From the IMG/VR virus record IMGVR_UViG_3300009424_000011, positions 1-64,000 of that record: a stretch of DNA of 64,000 nucleotides. One strand, given 5' to 3'. Of the stretch, positions 41,385-53,476 are shown piece by piece; the stretch's first letter is position 1, and each line of letters starts with the position of its first letter. Source of the DNA: a virus (Duplodnaviria > Caudoviricetes). The translations under genes and the position numbers were made by a program. A model generated the notes under the pieces. That model made no database searches and was not told where the DNA came from. It saw nothing but the letters and a program-made list of their open reading frames with translations.

Positions 41385-42004
41385 TACATCACCGGTCCGA
41401 GGTAAGCGTCGCACAGGGCTTCGGCGTTCTTGGTGCAGGTCGGCCACTCGATCTTTACGATCTCCAGAAGCGGATCAGCCAGAGCCCGGCAGGCTTCGAT
41501 GTGGTGATCGGAGTCCTCGAAGAACACGAACTGACGATCGGGCCAATCCTTGCGAAGCTCTGCCAGCAAGAGCGCCTTGGATGCCCGGCCGAGACAGAAG
41601 ACCTCTTGAGGGTAGATCAACTGCTGTTGGGTAAAATCGAGCAGCCTACGGACCGCCCAAAGCCCGCTACGTGCCGTAACGATGAAATATGGGTCACCAC
41701 TGTCACTCAGCGATCGAGCGAAGCTGGTGGCCTCCTCGTGGGCGTCTGGGACCGATCCCCACGCATACCCTTGGTAGACCATGTGCCGAAGGTAGTTGGT
41801 GCTAGGATAGAGGGCTGCATCTACAGACGCAAAGGGGGCTTTCTCCTCCAACCGACGACGCTCCATTGGACGTTCATCCATTCGGAAAATCTTCTCCTCG
41901 CACTGCGTGGCGAGAACGCCATCGAAGTCGAAAAAGAAGATCGCATCGGACGAATAATGATTCCGCTGGAACGCCTCGTTTGCTTGTTGAATAATATATC
42001 CCAT
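41384..42004 (-). CDS. HAD-superfamily phosphatase
   Basis: FDFDGV, VTAR and FFEDS motifs. Confidence 0.75.
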   Translation of the reverse strand: MGYIIQQANEAFQRNHYSSDAIFFFDFDGVLATQCEEKIFRMDERPMERRRLEEKAPFASVDAALYPSTNYLRHMVYQGYAWGSVPDAHEEATSFARSLSDSGDPYFIVTARSGLWAVRRLLDFTQQQLIYPQEVFCLGRASKALLLAELRKDWPDRQFVFFEDSDHHIEACRALADPLLEIVKIEWPTCTKNAEALCDAYLGPVM

Positions 42005-42339
42005 CACGGCTCCCAATGTGTGAAGAAGTTGTTTAGGAATCCGTTAAGCCATTCGGCTGCAACCGGGTTCTTCGAATGAATGGTGTAGGTAAAGTCACCA
42101 GTCAGGCGTCCATCCATGATCTCATCGACCAGCCATTTAGCGCAGTGAATCCCTTCCTTATCACCGTCGGCGAGGTCGTTGTCGAAAGAGATATGAACTG
42201 GTAGCCCGAACTCACCAATGCAGGATCGGAACTCATCGTAGCTCCTGACGATCACGTATCGAGCCGGCGGGATTTCTACCCAAGTAACATCACCGGGCAT
42301 ACGAACATCATCAAGAAAGAGATGGTATCCCATGATCAA
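42004..42339 (-). CDS. Stand-alone receiver-like (cyclic-phosphate processing) domain
   Basis: LFLDDVR, ISFDNDL and IHSKNP motifs. Confidence 0.7.
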   Translation of the reverse strand: MIMGYHLFLDDVRMPGDVTWVEIPPARYVIVRSYDEFRSCIGEFGLPVHISFDNDLADGDKEGIHCAKWLVDEIMDGRLTGDFTYTIHSKNPVAAEWLNGFLNNFFTHWEP

Positions 42340-43001
42340 TCCTTGATGAAGTCGGAGTTCTTGAACGCCGGGTGGTTGCGGACTTCCTGTCGATCGACAA
42401 GAGGCCAGTGAGTCTCAGGCAAGAGGTGGTTCACCGAATTGCCTTTGAGGTTGTAGCGATCCCGGCTCAGGGAGACCTTCACGAAGGTCCGCATCCCAGC
42501 CTCGAATCCGGTGGGTGATCTGTGCAGAACCGTGTTGTCCAGACGGAGCAAGTGCTTGTCCGGGTAGGTGCGGAGACCTACGTGGTCGAAGGCTTCGGCA
42601 TAGCGGCCGATCTTTGCCATCTGGCGCAACGACTCGTCGCAGTCCTCGGACAGCATCCAGCGGTTTTGCTGGATGAGAAACACCGTCGGGGCCCGGTCAG
42701 ACCAGATGTAGTTCACATCATCCGTCCCGTAGCCATCGATGTGCCAGCCGGGTCGGTTGCCGATGTATCCACCTTCCACCCAGAGTGTCTTCGCGGTCAG
42801 ATAGACGTAGCTGTCCATCCATCGGTCCGGATCGTCAGCGCGCACAGCCGAAAGGATGGGGTCGAACTGTCTGAGGTTATGTGGCACGAGCGCCAGCATA
42901 TTCCCCGGTTCGGACACCGGAAGATACATCCAGAACATCATCTCGCTGGGTGTGAGAGCTACCAGTCCGAGGTCCTTGGGAGGAGCGCCAGCGGGTTTCA
43001 C
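42336..43001 (-). CDS. 2OG-Fe(II) oxygenase-like protein
   Basis: RPGWHIDG...LHRSP...RTF. Confidence 0.55.
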   Translation of the reverse strand: MKPAGAPPKDLGLVALTPSEMMFWMYLPVSEPGNMLALVPHNLRQFDPILSAVRADDPDRWMDSYVYLTAKTLWVEGGYIGNRPGWHIDGYGTDDVNYIWSDRAPTVFLIQQNRWMLSEDCDESLRQMAKIGRYAEAFDHVGLRTYPDKHLLRLDNTVLHRSPTGFEAGMRTFVKVSLSRDRYNLKGNSVNHLLPETHWPLVDRQEVRNHPAFKNSDFIKD

Positions 43002-43817
43002 CGCATGGCTTCCACAGGGAACTTAGGCGGGCTGGACAGGATGTCATCCATGATCGTCAATGGTGTGAGCGGGTGATCCGCACCATACCACTCATTGGCG
43101 TTCTGAGCCCACTCCCACGCCTCTTCTGAGGTCGGGAAGATGGCAAGGACGGTCATGACGTAACCAGCTTGGTTGCGCTTGACGACGGCGGAGCAGCGGG
43201 GATCGGCATCAGATGTATCCATTCTCTTCGAGTTCCTGCCGGGTGGCGGCGCGGAAGGTTACGACGCGCTCACGCGGCATCGAGCGTTCATCGATCGTGA
43301 CATCTTCGACGACGACAGCGGTGTAGGTCGGGTGATCGAACACATCTCCTGCGAAGATCGGCGGGCCCTTCTCAGGCTCCCGGACCTTGAAGGTGGGCAT
43401 TATCTCCTTTGAGCTGATGATCAGCGTCATTAGTTTTCTCCTATGGTTGAAGGAACATCCTGCCAACGCAGGGGCTCACGTTTCGTGGAACCGCCCAGCC
43501 AGCGATATTGCTTGGTCGCGGCCGAAGACAGACTGGCGTTGATCTTGCGGGCGATCTTGTCGAGCGCTCGTGCCTGATCCATATCGCCTTCGTCCTTGGC
43601 GCTGGCGGCTGCCAAAGCGACCGCGAGGAAATCGTCTTCACCGACGTTGATCGTAGCCATCAGTCCGTCACCTCCAACAATACGCAGTTTGTTTCTCGGG
43701 TGAAGAACGAGGTGTTTCGACCAGACGCCACCAACAACATTCCGTTGAAGCTGTTCAGCACCACGAATCGTTCCTCTGGATCAGAGTGCTTCGGGATCGT
43801 CACGATGTCTCCGAACC

Positions 43818-45944
<2,127 letters not shown>

Positions 45945-46016
45945 TCAGTCTCCAATTAGAAAGGCCCACTTCCAGTGAAGGAGGCGGGCCTGTCTGTCAA
46001 GTCAGAATTGCAGTGG

Positions 46017-46886
46017 TTAACCGATAATGGCGTCCATGTTTTCACCGGTCAGCGTCTTGCGATACTGAATCCAGCCGGCAAGGTTGCCATGAAGTTCGGG
46101 TTTATCCCATCCATTGAACCGGCGTTGGTCAGGAGTCGCCTGATGCTCGGCCGGGCTGGCGTGGATCGGCTGATCGACCAGCAGCATATCGTGCAGCTTG
46201 AGGTCCGCTTCGGGCGTCGTCTTGGTGCCGTCGTGGTTGTTGTAGCTCACACGGGCGCACCGGGCGGTGCTGATCTTCTTGCACAGATTGATGCCGTGGA
46301 TCGCAAGCTCTTCCTTGGTGATGTAGGGCAGGTGCCATTCACCCATCGGCAGGTCTTGCGGGACCGAGTTGGTTCGTGCTTCGTGAATCGCTTCGGCCAG
46401 CGCACAGATAGTGGGGTCAGCGGCACCATGCCGGCGAAGGCCATCCCAGTTGCCCCAGTAAACGCTCGTGAGGACGACCTTGATGTGAGCGAACGGCTCT
46501 GTGATGCGGTTGACCACTTGCTTGTGGATGCCCAATGCATCCATCGCTTCGGCGTGACGGATCGCATCTTCCATCGCGGCGAGCCAGATCGTCTGGGCAG
46601 CCAGCGTGGTCTCTTCGGAAGCGACTTCGTAGCCCTGCATACCCGGCTGGTTCATACGCCACGAAGCGGGCACGGCCGGGTTCTCCCGGATCATCTTGAT
46701 CGCACGCTTGGTCGGGATAGCGCGGCTCGATGAAGCGTTCCGGGAGAACACGCGGTGGGTCATCAGTTCAGAGTGAATGAAGCGGGGGTAGACCAGTTCC
46801 ATGGTCGTCAGACGGACGCCGGCGGGCGAGATGGAGTCGGCAAGGATGGTCGCGCTGACCAGCGGGGAGAGAATCACAGAGGTCAT
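46017..46886 (-). CDS. thyX: Flavin-dependent thymidylate synthase
   Basis: ELMTHRVFSRNASSSRAIP; HASPAEH. Confidence 0.9.
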   Translation of the reverse strand: MTSVILSPLVSATILADSISPAGVRLTTMELVYPRFIHSELMTHRVFSRNASSSRAIPTKRAIKMIRENPAVPASWRMNQPGMQGYEVASEETTLAAQTIWLAAMEDAIRHAEAMDALGIHKQVVNRITEPFAHIKVVLTSVYWGNWDGLRRHGAADPTICALAEAIHEARTNSVPQDLPMGEWHLPYITKEELAIHGINLCKKISTARCARVSYNNHDGTKTTPEADLKLHDMLLVDQPIHASPAEHQATPDQRRFNGWDKPELHGNLAGWIQYRKTLTGENMDAIIG

Positions 46887-47002
46887 TGGGTTTCCTAAGG
46901 ACGGGAGCTACTTGGCGGGACGTGTGACCCCGGAGGGTGAGTGACGTTCCCCCGCCGTTCGCTCTTGCAAGGCGGACTGTATATTCAGAATGGCGGTGAT
47001 TG

Positions 47003-47347
47003 TCAATCTTTTTTCGGGTCTTTACCGGCGTTGATTGCCGCTACCACCTCGTTGAAGATTTCGATCTTGGTTTTCACCCGGTCGAGGCGCTGGCGGCAGT
47101 CTTCACCAGCTTCGTCGATTCCGACAACCCGCTCGATTGCGGTCACCAGCGCCGTGTCAGATGGAAGCTGGCCGGCCGGTGCATCCATGCAGACCAGTTC
47201 ATCCGACCGGAACGTCGGCGTCAGGAACTCCACCCGTGTTTCTCTGCTGGCGCAGGCGGTCAAGCTCATTGAGAGTATCAATGAGCAAAGGAGGGGCTTG
47301 AGCATCGCGCTCTTCAACCGGGGCATCTTCGATTTGGTTTCGGACAT
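47003..47347 (-). CDS. o-spanin (lipoprotein)
   Basis: Lipobox SLTAC; overlaps the i-spanin; start probably at a downstream Met. Confidence 0.75.
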   Translation of the reverse strand: MSETKSKMPRLKSAMLKPLLCSLILSMSLTACASRETRVEFLTPTFRSDELVCMDAPAGQLPSDTALVTAIERVVGIDEAGEDCRQRLDRVKTKIEIFNEVVAAINAGKDPKKD

Positions 47348-47633
47348 TGGCGTAATCCTTGATGGTCTGCCGCTGGAGGTCTTCGAAGCGGCGGTCCACT
47401 TCGATCGTGCGGGTGTTGATGGTTTCCTTGGTTTCGTAGGTCTGGATCGTAGCGTTGGAATCGGCTGCTTCGACGGCTGCTGAGACAGCCTCTTTCTGTT
47501 GGTGATTCAGATAGAGGTAGGTGCCGCCCCCGATCGCCAACAGCAAGGTGATGATGGCGGCCGGGATCAGGAACTTCTTGCTCTTGAAAAAGAGCTTTGC
47601 GGCTGCCCAAGTCGGGATTGAAACAAGTGGCAT
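47199..47633 (-). CDS. i-spanin
   Basis: N-terminal TM plus coiled coil; follows the endolysin. Confidence 0.75.
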   Translation of the reverse strand: MPLVSIPTWAAAKLFFKSKKFLIPAAIITLLLAIGGGTYLYLNHQQKEAVSAAVEAADSNATIQTYETKETINTRTIEVDRRFEDLQRQTIKDYANVRNQIEDAPVEERDAQAPPLLIDTLNELDRLRQQRNTGGVPDADVPVG

Positions 47634-47636
47634 GGT

Positions 47637-48470
47637 TTACCCTTTCTTGAGGAATTGATCTGCAAGGTAGCCGCGTTTTCCCGGAGCGTATTCGACATGA
47701 CTCCACGCTCCGAGGTCTTCGATCACCACCACCTCAGAGCCGCCCGACAGGGTAGTCAGGATCGCGCCTGATCCGTTGGGTGCGGCCCGGACGTTGAGGC
47801 GCGGGGTGTTGACAAGGAAGCGGCTCTTAGCCGGCTGCATCCCATCGGCGCGATCTTCGCCGCCATGGATGACGGCCTTGAAATCACCCATCGGGAAAGC
47901 CGGGCCCGGATCGGTCTTCCAGCCCCGTGTGTCGATGTCTTCATGACCGGCGATCAGTGTGATACCGTAAGCCTCCTTGATGGCCTTGAGAGCTTCGAGG
48001 CCGGCGTTGATCTGGGCCTTGGAATACCCCGGCCAGACAAAAGTCCCGCCTCCCACACGGCGGTTTGGCGCACGTAGACTGAGATCGAAACGGTCCAACG
48101 TTGCCTTCGGGACGGGTCGCTTGCCTTCCCAATCCATGATTGTGCCGTCCTTGGCGATCCGGAAAAATCCCGGATTAACGAACTCGAACCCGATCGTGAA
48201 GTTGTTGCATCCGGTCCGGCCAGCCAGCTTCGACGGTCCGGCGTGCCATGCAACCCGGTTGAAGGGGACAAGCTGCGTGATCGTTCCATCAGTATCGATC
48301 ACCAAATGTGCAGATACCTTGGCAGCCGGATTTGTCAAGGTTCGAATTGCACTATCGGCATTGAAACTGGCGGTGTAGTGCATGATTGCACCAGTCGGTG
48401 TCATGAACCCGGAGATGTTGGGAGACCGCACGACGCGCACGCCTTCGAGGATGTGGTTTTTGACTTGCAT
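47637..48470 (-). CDS. Endolysin: amidase_2 plus SH3b
   Basis: HYT, SAH, AWHAG, GHEDI, KTDPG; LNVRAAP SH3b domain. Confidence 0.92.
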   Translation of the reverse strand: MQVKNHILEGVRVVRSPNISGFMTPTGAIMHYTASFNADSAIRTLTNPAAKVSAHLVIDTDGTITQLVPFNRVAWHAGPSKLAGRTGCNNFTIGFEFVNPGFFRIAKDGTIMDWEGKRPVPKATLDRFDLSLRAPNRRVGGGTFVWPGYSKAQINAGLEALKAIKEAYGITLIAGHEDIDTRGWKTDPGPAFPMGDFKAVIHGGEDRADGMQPAKSRFLVNTPRLNVRAAPNGSGAILTTLSGGSEVVVIEDLGAWSHVEYAPGKRGYLADQFLKKG

Positions 48471-48482
48471 GGTATCTCTTTC

Positions 48483-49070
48483 TTATCGCAGACCGAGGAT
48501 CATCATCGATCCGCCGGTGATGTTCCCAGCAGCGCTGAGCAGGAGCCGAACGGCATCCACCTTCGCGTTGCTGGCTTGGAAAATAACGTTACCTTCGTTG
48601 CTCTGGATAACCTTGATAGCCCCATCGATGTTAGTCGGCAGGCGCATGAAAATCGTTCTTTGACCGTTGTTGGTTCTGACATGGCTGGCGGCATTATTCC
48701 TGTTGGTCAGGGTTCCTGTATTCGCCAGAAGAGTGTAGTCAGTTGCACCAGAAAAGTAGCTCACTCCGTTATTGGTGCTAAGCTGTAACAAACGAAGAAC
48801 AGAAGCACTGGTTGAAATATCTTTACAGATAACAATCAGTTCTTTGTAATCGCCCAGATTGTTTGCATCGACCATCGTGACGTTAGTCGTCCACGTCCAC
48901 TGGAAAGCGATCTCCCACTTAGGACCAAATACCGATCCGGGATCGCCCGCGAGAGCGGCAATGTCGCCGGCACTCGTCCTCACGCTCTCCCCGTCCTGAA
49001 CGATGTGAACCTGCTCTGAGCCATCCAGCAGGCCCGCTACGTCTAATGCTAATGTGTCTTTATCAGCCAT
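48483..49070 (-). CDS. Tail-region hypothetical protein
   Basis: Context; beta-rich. Confidence 0.55.
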   Translation of the reverse strand: MADKDTLALDVAGLLDGSEQVHIVQDGESVRTSAGDIAALAGDPGSVFGPKWEIAFQWTWTTNVTMVDANNLGDYKELIVICKDISTSASVLRLLQLSTNNGVSYFSGATDYTLLANTGTLTNRNNAASHVRTNNGQRTIFMRLPTNIDGAIKVIQSNEGNVIFQASNAKVDAVRLLLSAAGNITGGSMMILGLR

Positions 49071-49082
49071 TTCAATTTCCTT

Positions 49083-52000
49083 TTAGGTAAGGATTCCACC
49101 AGTGTCTCCGGAGAGTAGCAAGCGCCCGGTTTCGCCATTCAACAAAAGCGACCCAGAAGGCAGCTTGGTCGGGTAACGATTGCCCGGAGGTGTGAAGTTT
49201 TCGGTGTATCGTTCAACGTCTTTGGTAATCCGAATTTCGTCGTAATACCCGCACCATCCGAAAACATTGGATGCGACATTCCATTGGCCGATCCGGAAAA
49301 CCCGGTTCCACAACGTTGCAAACGCGGTTCTACCGATATTCTGACGTTCGCCGTTTACGAACAGAACCGCTCTACCAGTTTCGTCACGACAATAGGCGAT
49401 GTGATACCACTGATCGATGATGCTTTGGACGTTTGTCGTCGTCACACCATCCATCAGGATACCAGTAGTCGCGCCATCAATAGCGCCGTTATTACCGTTT
49501 AACTGGTTGTGAATACCGATACTCGGTAACGCTGTGTTAACTGGATGAGTTCTGTAGAACCAGCCCTCGAAAGTCATCTGGGGACCAAAGGCCCCTCCTT
49601 CAAAGTCAGCCAGTTTGACTTCGACATAGAACGAATTACCTGTCACCAGAGACAAGTTGGACGCTATGGCTGTGTCTCCGAATGGAGAATCGATCGAGGC
49701 TACGGACACACCGACCGGAGCGATGTGTTCTCTGTATCGGGGGTTACCCAGATTCTCGATCACCCCATTACGGGTAGACAGAAGGCAGACTACGTTATCC
49801 CAATGCTCATCCCCTGCCGGAGTCGGCGGGACCGGGATTACTGGCATCTCCCCTGACGCCGGGATGTAGCAATATGCCTCGTGGAAGTTCGTCGGGAAAT
49901 TGATCTGGTTGGTGCCATTCACGACTTCGCCATAATTCATCGAGCCCATGATAGCCATGACGACCTTACGGGCACCGACCGGGATCGGACAATCGACATT
50001 GAGACCCACAAACCTTGGCGATGCAACCCGTGGGTTAGGTGAACTGAAAACCCGGCGGCCGACTACTTGATCTGACACATCCAGAAACTCGACATAGGCC
50101 CACCCAAAATCATCGACCTCATTCTGAGTTGCGATAGCCTTAAAACGAAAAGCCGCCAGTCCGTTGTCGATGCTGGTGAAGTAGCTGCTCGGAAGATCAT
50201 CCACACACCGAAGGTCCATCACCCTCTGGGTTGTGGTCAGCGAAGTAGCCAGCCAACTCAGGTTTGCTGTATCGATAATGGTGCCGCCGCGAGCGTCGGT
50301 CCATTCCGTATTGTCAGTCTTGATGATCGAGCCCATCAACTGAGTCGGTTTGCTGAGATATTCGCGAGCATCCTCAAACCCGTCAACGAGACGGGCAGAG
50401 ATGCGGCTCATGACGTAGTTACCTTGGAAAGCACTCAACCCAGCTAGGATACCCACCTCAACGGTCCGGGTTCCCACTGGTAGGAACATAGCCCCTTGCG
50501 TGTTCTTGAAAGTCTTATCCGTCACAACAGCGTCGCTGCTGGATGCGTTTAGCATTTGACTATTCTTATCCAACGCGAGCGCCACGAGGGTGCCGTTCCC
50601 AGCGTGATCGAAAGGGGCAGCCGCTAGTGCGGAGTATTCAAGGAAGACTCCACCTGCATCAATGTCATCAAGATATTGAACAGGGATAAGGAGTCTATGA
50701 TAATCCAACAATGTGGTGGAAGAATTTCCTGTAGCCCAACGCCAGCGATCATTCGGGTCTTCTTCGTAAAGAACACCAGAAGTATGGATAGTCCTAGGGG
50801 ACGGGCTGGCACCGACAACGCTCCGCCAAGTTACTGCTCCGTCCTTGGGATCAGGGAATGCCAAGTCATAGGGGTATGTCGCATCCGGGAGGATCGGGGC
50901 GGCATAAGCCGGCCCACTACGCGGGGGCGGTAAATCCGCGATCGGGCTATTGATGAAGTCTTCTTCCCGGTAACGAACGGCGTCCCACGTCATCCGCAAG
51001 CAGCGGATTACGCGAGCCGAGTCAGCATTGATGGTCAAATCAGCCGTCGGTGTGTCAGGTGCAAATGGAGCCACGGCGCTACCCATGTATTTACCCTGCT
51101 GGTAGAACCGATAAACCCCCATCTCGTCACGGGTAATTATTGTGGTTTCAGTGGCTCTGGGGAAATACCAGTCAGCATCTATGTTGGGCCACGAAAACAC
51201 CTCAACAAAAGATGTCCCATTCCAGACGCGAAAGGCTATAACAGAAGTTCCGGTAGCGAGGTGCCAGTTGCCCGGACAAATAATCTGAACGACACTGTTA
51301 CCCGAAGAACTATTCCAACCAATATCGACTTCAAAGGTGAAAGGCTCCGTCCGCCCACCAAAGTTCCATTGTCCGTCCACATGCGCTATGGTTCCGACGC
51401 CGCTGAATTGTAAGCTACTTGCGGTTAAACCAGTGATCGTGGCTCCGCGCTTGTAATCAATAGCAGCACCATCGAAAGGATCGAGGACACACGTAGTCTT
51501 ATCCCAGAAAGGATCGGTATTGAATGGCTCGTAGTCAACAGGGCCAATCGGATTCGGGGCTGTTGGAATGACAAACCCGGCATCAGAAGCATACCGAGCA
51601 ACCCCCTTTGTTACCCGGAAATCATCCAATAAGCCCTCAAAATTATTCATACCACCAATAGACGATGAGTGGTTTCTACCCATCAAGATCAGCTTAGTAT
51701 CAACCTTTCGGATTTCATTTGGAAAAGTCCCAGTTGCCACGGTTTGACCGTTGACATACATACGGACCGTCCCCTCGATGTCGCGCTCTACGCAGATGTG
51801 AGTCCACGTATTGGCTGGTAAGTCCGCTCCTTCGAGATTGAAGAAGTTGGCTTCCGTCCCATCGATCGAGGCTCTGAAAGTCAGGGCGTTGTTGTTGGTC
51901 CCAATGAACCAAGAACGCTCCGTTTTCAGATACCAGTTACCCATGATATAGCGGAAACCGCTAAACGCCGGACGATTGATCCAGCCCTCAATGGTAAAAG

Positions 52001-52442
52001 CCCCGCGTCCGAAATCGAACCGCTCTGGATTGCGATCGTAACGGATTCCCATGGTGTTACTGGAGACAGATTCAAATGCCTTTAGGAACTTAGCCGGCGT
52101 GTCCCGGATGAACAAAAACCCCCTATCTCCGTTCACATAGTCATTGTATTTCGACAGGTCCCGAAACCCCTTATCCGCTTGGAGAAGAAGAGAGACTTTG
52201 TTGTAGTAAGGATCACCGGGAATACCTAACGAGGCACTGGTCGTGGCTTGCAGGAGTCGTGTGGTGGGTTCAATTTCGTCGGCGTTTTTATTATTCCGGG
52301 CAAGCGCCTTGATACCCAATTGGCTGACGCGCACGTCGGGGATATTCTTGACAAGGCTCTGCACACCGATCTGAGCCAGACGTGCGTCAGGATCGCCCTT
52401 TACGAGCCCTTGGATGCCAATCTGAGTAACGCGTGCCGTCAT
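49083..52442 (-). CDS. Tail protein with LamG/concanavalin-like domains
   Basis: Two FTxEGW...W.HI...D..RxTK.V.RY modules. Confidence 0.75.
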   Translation of the reverse strand: MTARVTQIGIQGLVKGDPDARLAQIGVQSLVKNIPDVRVSQLGIKALARNNKNADEIEPTTRLLQATTSASLGIPGDPYYNKVSLLLQADKGFRDLSKYNDYVNGDRGFLFIRDTPAKFLKAFESVSSNTMGIRYDRNPERFDFGRGAFTIEGWINRPAFSGFRYIMGNWYLKTERSWFIGTNNNALTFRASIDGTEANFFNLEGADLPANTWTHICVERDIEGTVRMYVNGQTVATGTFPNEIRKVDTKLILMGRNHSSSIGGMNNFEGLLDDFRVTKGVARYASDAGFVIPTAPNPIGPVDYEPFNTDPFWDKTTCVLDPFDGAAIDYKRGATITGLTASSLQFSGVGTIAHVDGQWNFGGRTEPFTFEVDIGWNSSSGNSVVQIICPGNWHLATGTSVIAFRVWNGTSFVEVFSWPNIDADWYFPRATETTIITRDEMGVYRFYQQGKYMGSAVAPFAPDTPTADLTINADSARVIRCLRMTWDAVRYREEDFINSPIADLPPPRSGPAYAAPILPDATYPYDLAFPDPKDGAVTWRSVVGASPSPRTIHTSGVLYEEDPNDRWRWATGNSSTTLLDYHRLLIPVQYLDDIDAGGVFLEYSALAAAPFDHAGNGTLVALALDKNSQMLNASSSDAVVTDKTFKNTQGAMFLPVGTRTVEVGILAGLSAFQGNYVMSRISARLVDGFEDAREYLSKPTQLMGSIIKTDNTEWTDARGGTIIDTANLSWLATSLTTTQRVMDLRCVDDLPSSYFTSIDNGLAAFRFKAIATQNEVDDFGWAYVEFLDVSDQVVGRRVFSSPNPRVASPRFVGLNVDCPIPVGARKVVMAIMGSMNYGEVVNGTNQINFPTNFHEAYCYIPASGEMPVIPVPPTPAGDEHWDNVVCLLSTRNGVIENLGNPRYREHIAPVGVSVASIDSPFGDTAIASNLSLVTGNSFYVEVKLADFEGGAFGPQMTFEGWFYRTHPVNTALPSIGIHNQLNGNNGAIDGATTGILMDGVTTTNVQSIIDQWYHIAYCRDETGRAVLFVNGERQNIGRTAFATLWNRVFRIGQWNVASNVFGWCGYYDEIRITKDVERYTENFTPPGNRYPTKLPSGSLLLNGETGRLLLSGDTGGILT

Positions 52443-53476
52443 AGTGTCAAACTAACTCGTGGTTGTAATGCATTTACAGAAAGAGGTGTCCAAGTTACAT
52501 CACCATCAGGGTCTCTATTGAACACAGCTATCACAGGCCCATAGCTGGTCGATAATGTTGTCTCCAAACCTTCCGACACGATCCCGTTACTGACCACACC
52601 TAGCTTAATTGCCCGGTCACCTAATCCATCTTTACGAGCTATACCGAAGACCTTCACCGCCAAGACCTCGGTAGGGTTGCTGGCTAAGTCAGTGACTCCG
52701 AAGGAAGCTGAGCCCCCCACAGTTGAGCTTGAGATGTAAGTGGTGTCGCCATCCTCGCTGGTATCGTCCACAGCTTCCCACGCCGTTCCGGTGTTGGGAG
52801 TCCACCCGGTGATGGTCCCGTCCGCATTTGCGAACAAAGTCTCAACTTCGACATCCCCTAGGAAGTCATTGTTCTCGTCACCAGTTTCATCCCATAAGGT
52901 AATATCATCAATATCAACCACACCACCGAAAGCAAAAGCTAGGTTTAGCCTCACTGAATCCACCGAAACCGCACCGTTTACGTTGTTTGTGTCTCTTTCG
53001 ATGTAAATGATGGTTTTTCCGTTGAGCTTTACTTCAAAGAATCCACCATCGACTCCGAAGTCGGCTGACCTACCTTTGACTTCGATATGATACCACTGCC
53101 CAAAAACCAGCGGGACAGGGTATGTCACGTTGGGATTACCTGTTCCACCGGCTGTGGTCGTATAAAGTCTACCGATGTTATCCATCTGTAAAGAGTATTG
53201 AGCAACACCATCACGCTCTACGCGATACAGGATGCGTCGGTTCGATTGACTTTCCATGCTTATGACACGGACACGGAAAGAAGCACCCATTACTGTCAAA
53301 GGCGGCGGGGATACAGGGACGAGAACCGAGCCACCACCGGAAACGATCCGGAGGGCTTTTCCTCTCCCAGATTCTGTATCGGTTACCAACGAGCAGCCTG
53401 CACCTACAGTTGAAAAAGTCCTTTGAACATCTTCAAGTGTCTCGAACTCGTCAAAACCAATTAACTCGTAAATCAT
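52439..53476 (-). CDS. Virion/tail protein
   Basis: Context; GFD..., WYHIEVK and DD...FLGD.V. Confidence 0.6.
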   Translation of the reverse strand: MIYELIGFDEFETLEDVQRTFSTVGAGCSLVTDTESGRGKALRIVSGGGSVLVPVSPPPLTVMGASFRVRVISMESQSNRRILYRVERDGVAQYSLQMDNIGRLYTTTAGGTGNPNVTYPVPLVFGQWYHIEVKGRSADFGVDGGFFEVKLNGKTIIYIERDTNNVNGAVSVDSVRLNLAFAFGGVVDIDDITLWDETGDENNDFLGDVEVETLFANADGTITGWTPNTGTAWEAVDDTSEDGDTTYISSSTVGGSASFGVTDLASNPTEVLAVKVFGIARKDGLGDRAIKLGVVSNGIVSEGLETTLSTSYGPVIAVFNRDPDGDVTWTPLSVNALQPRVSLTL

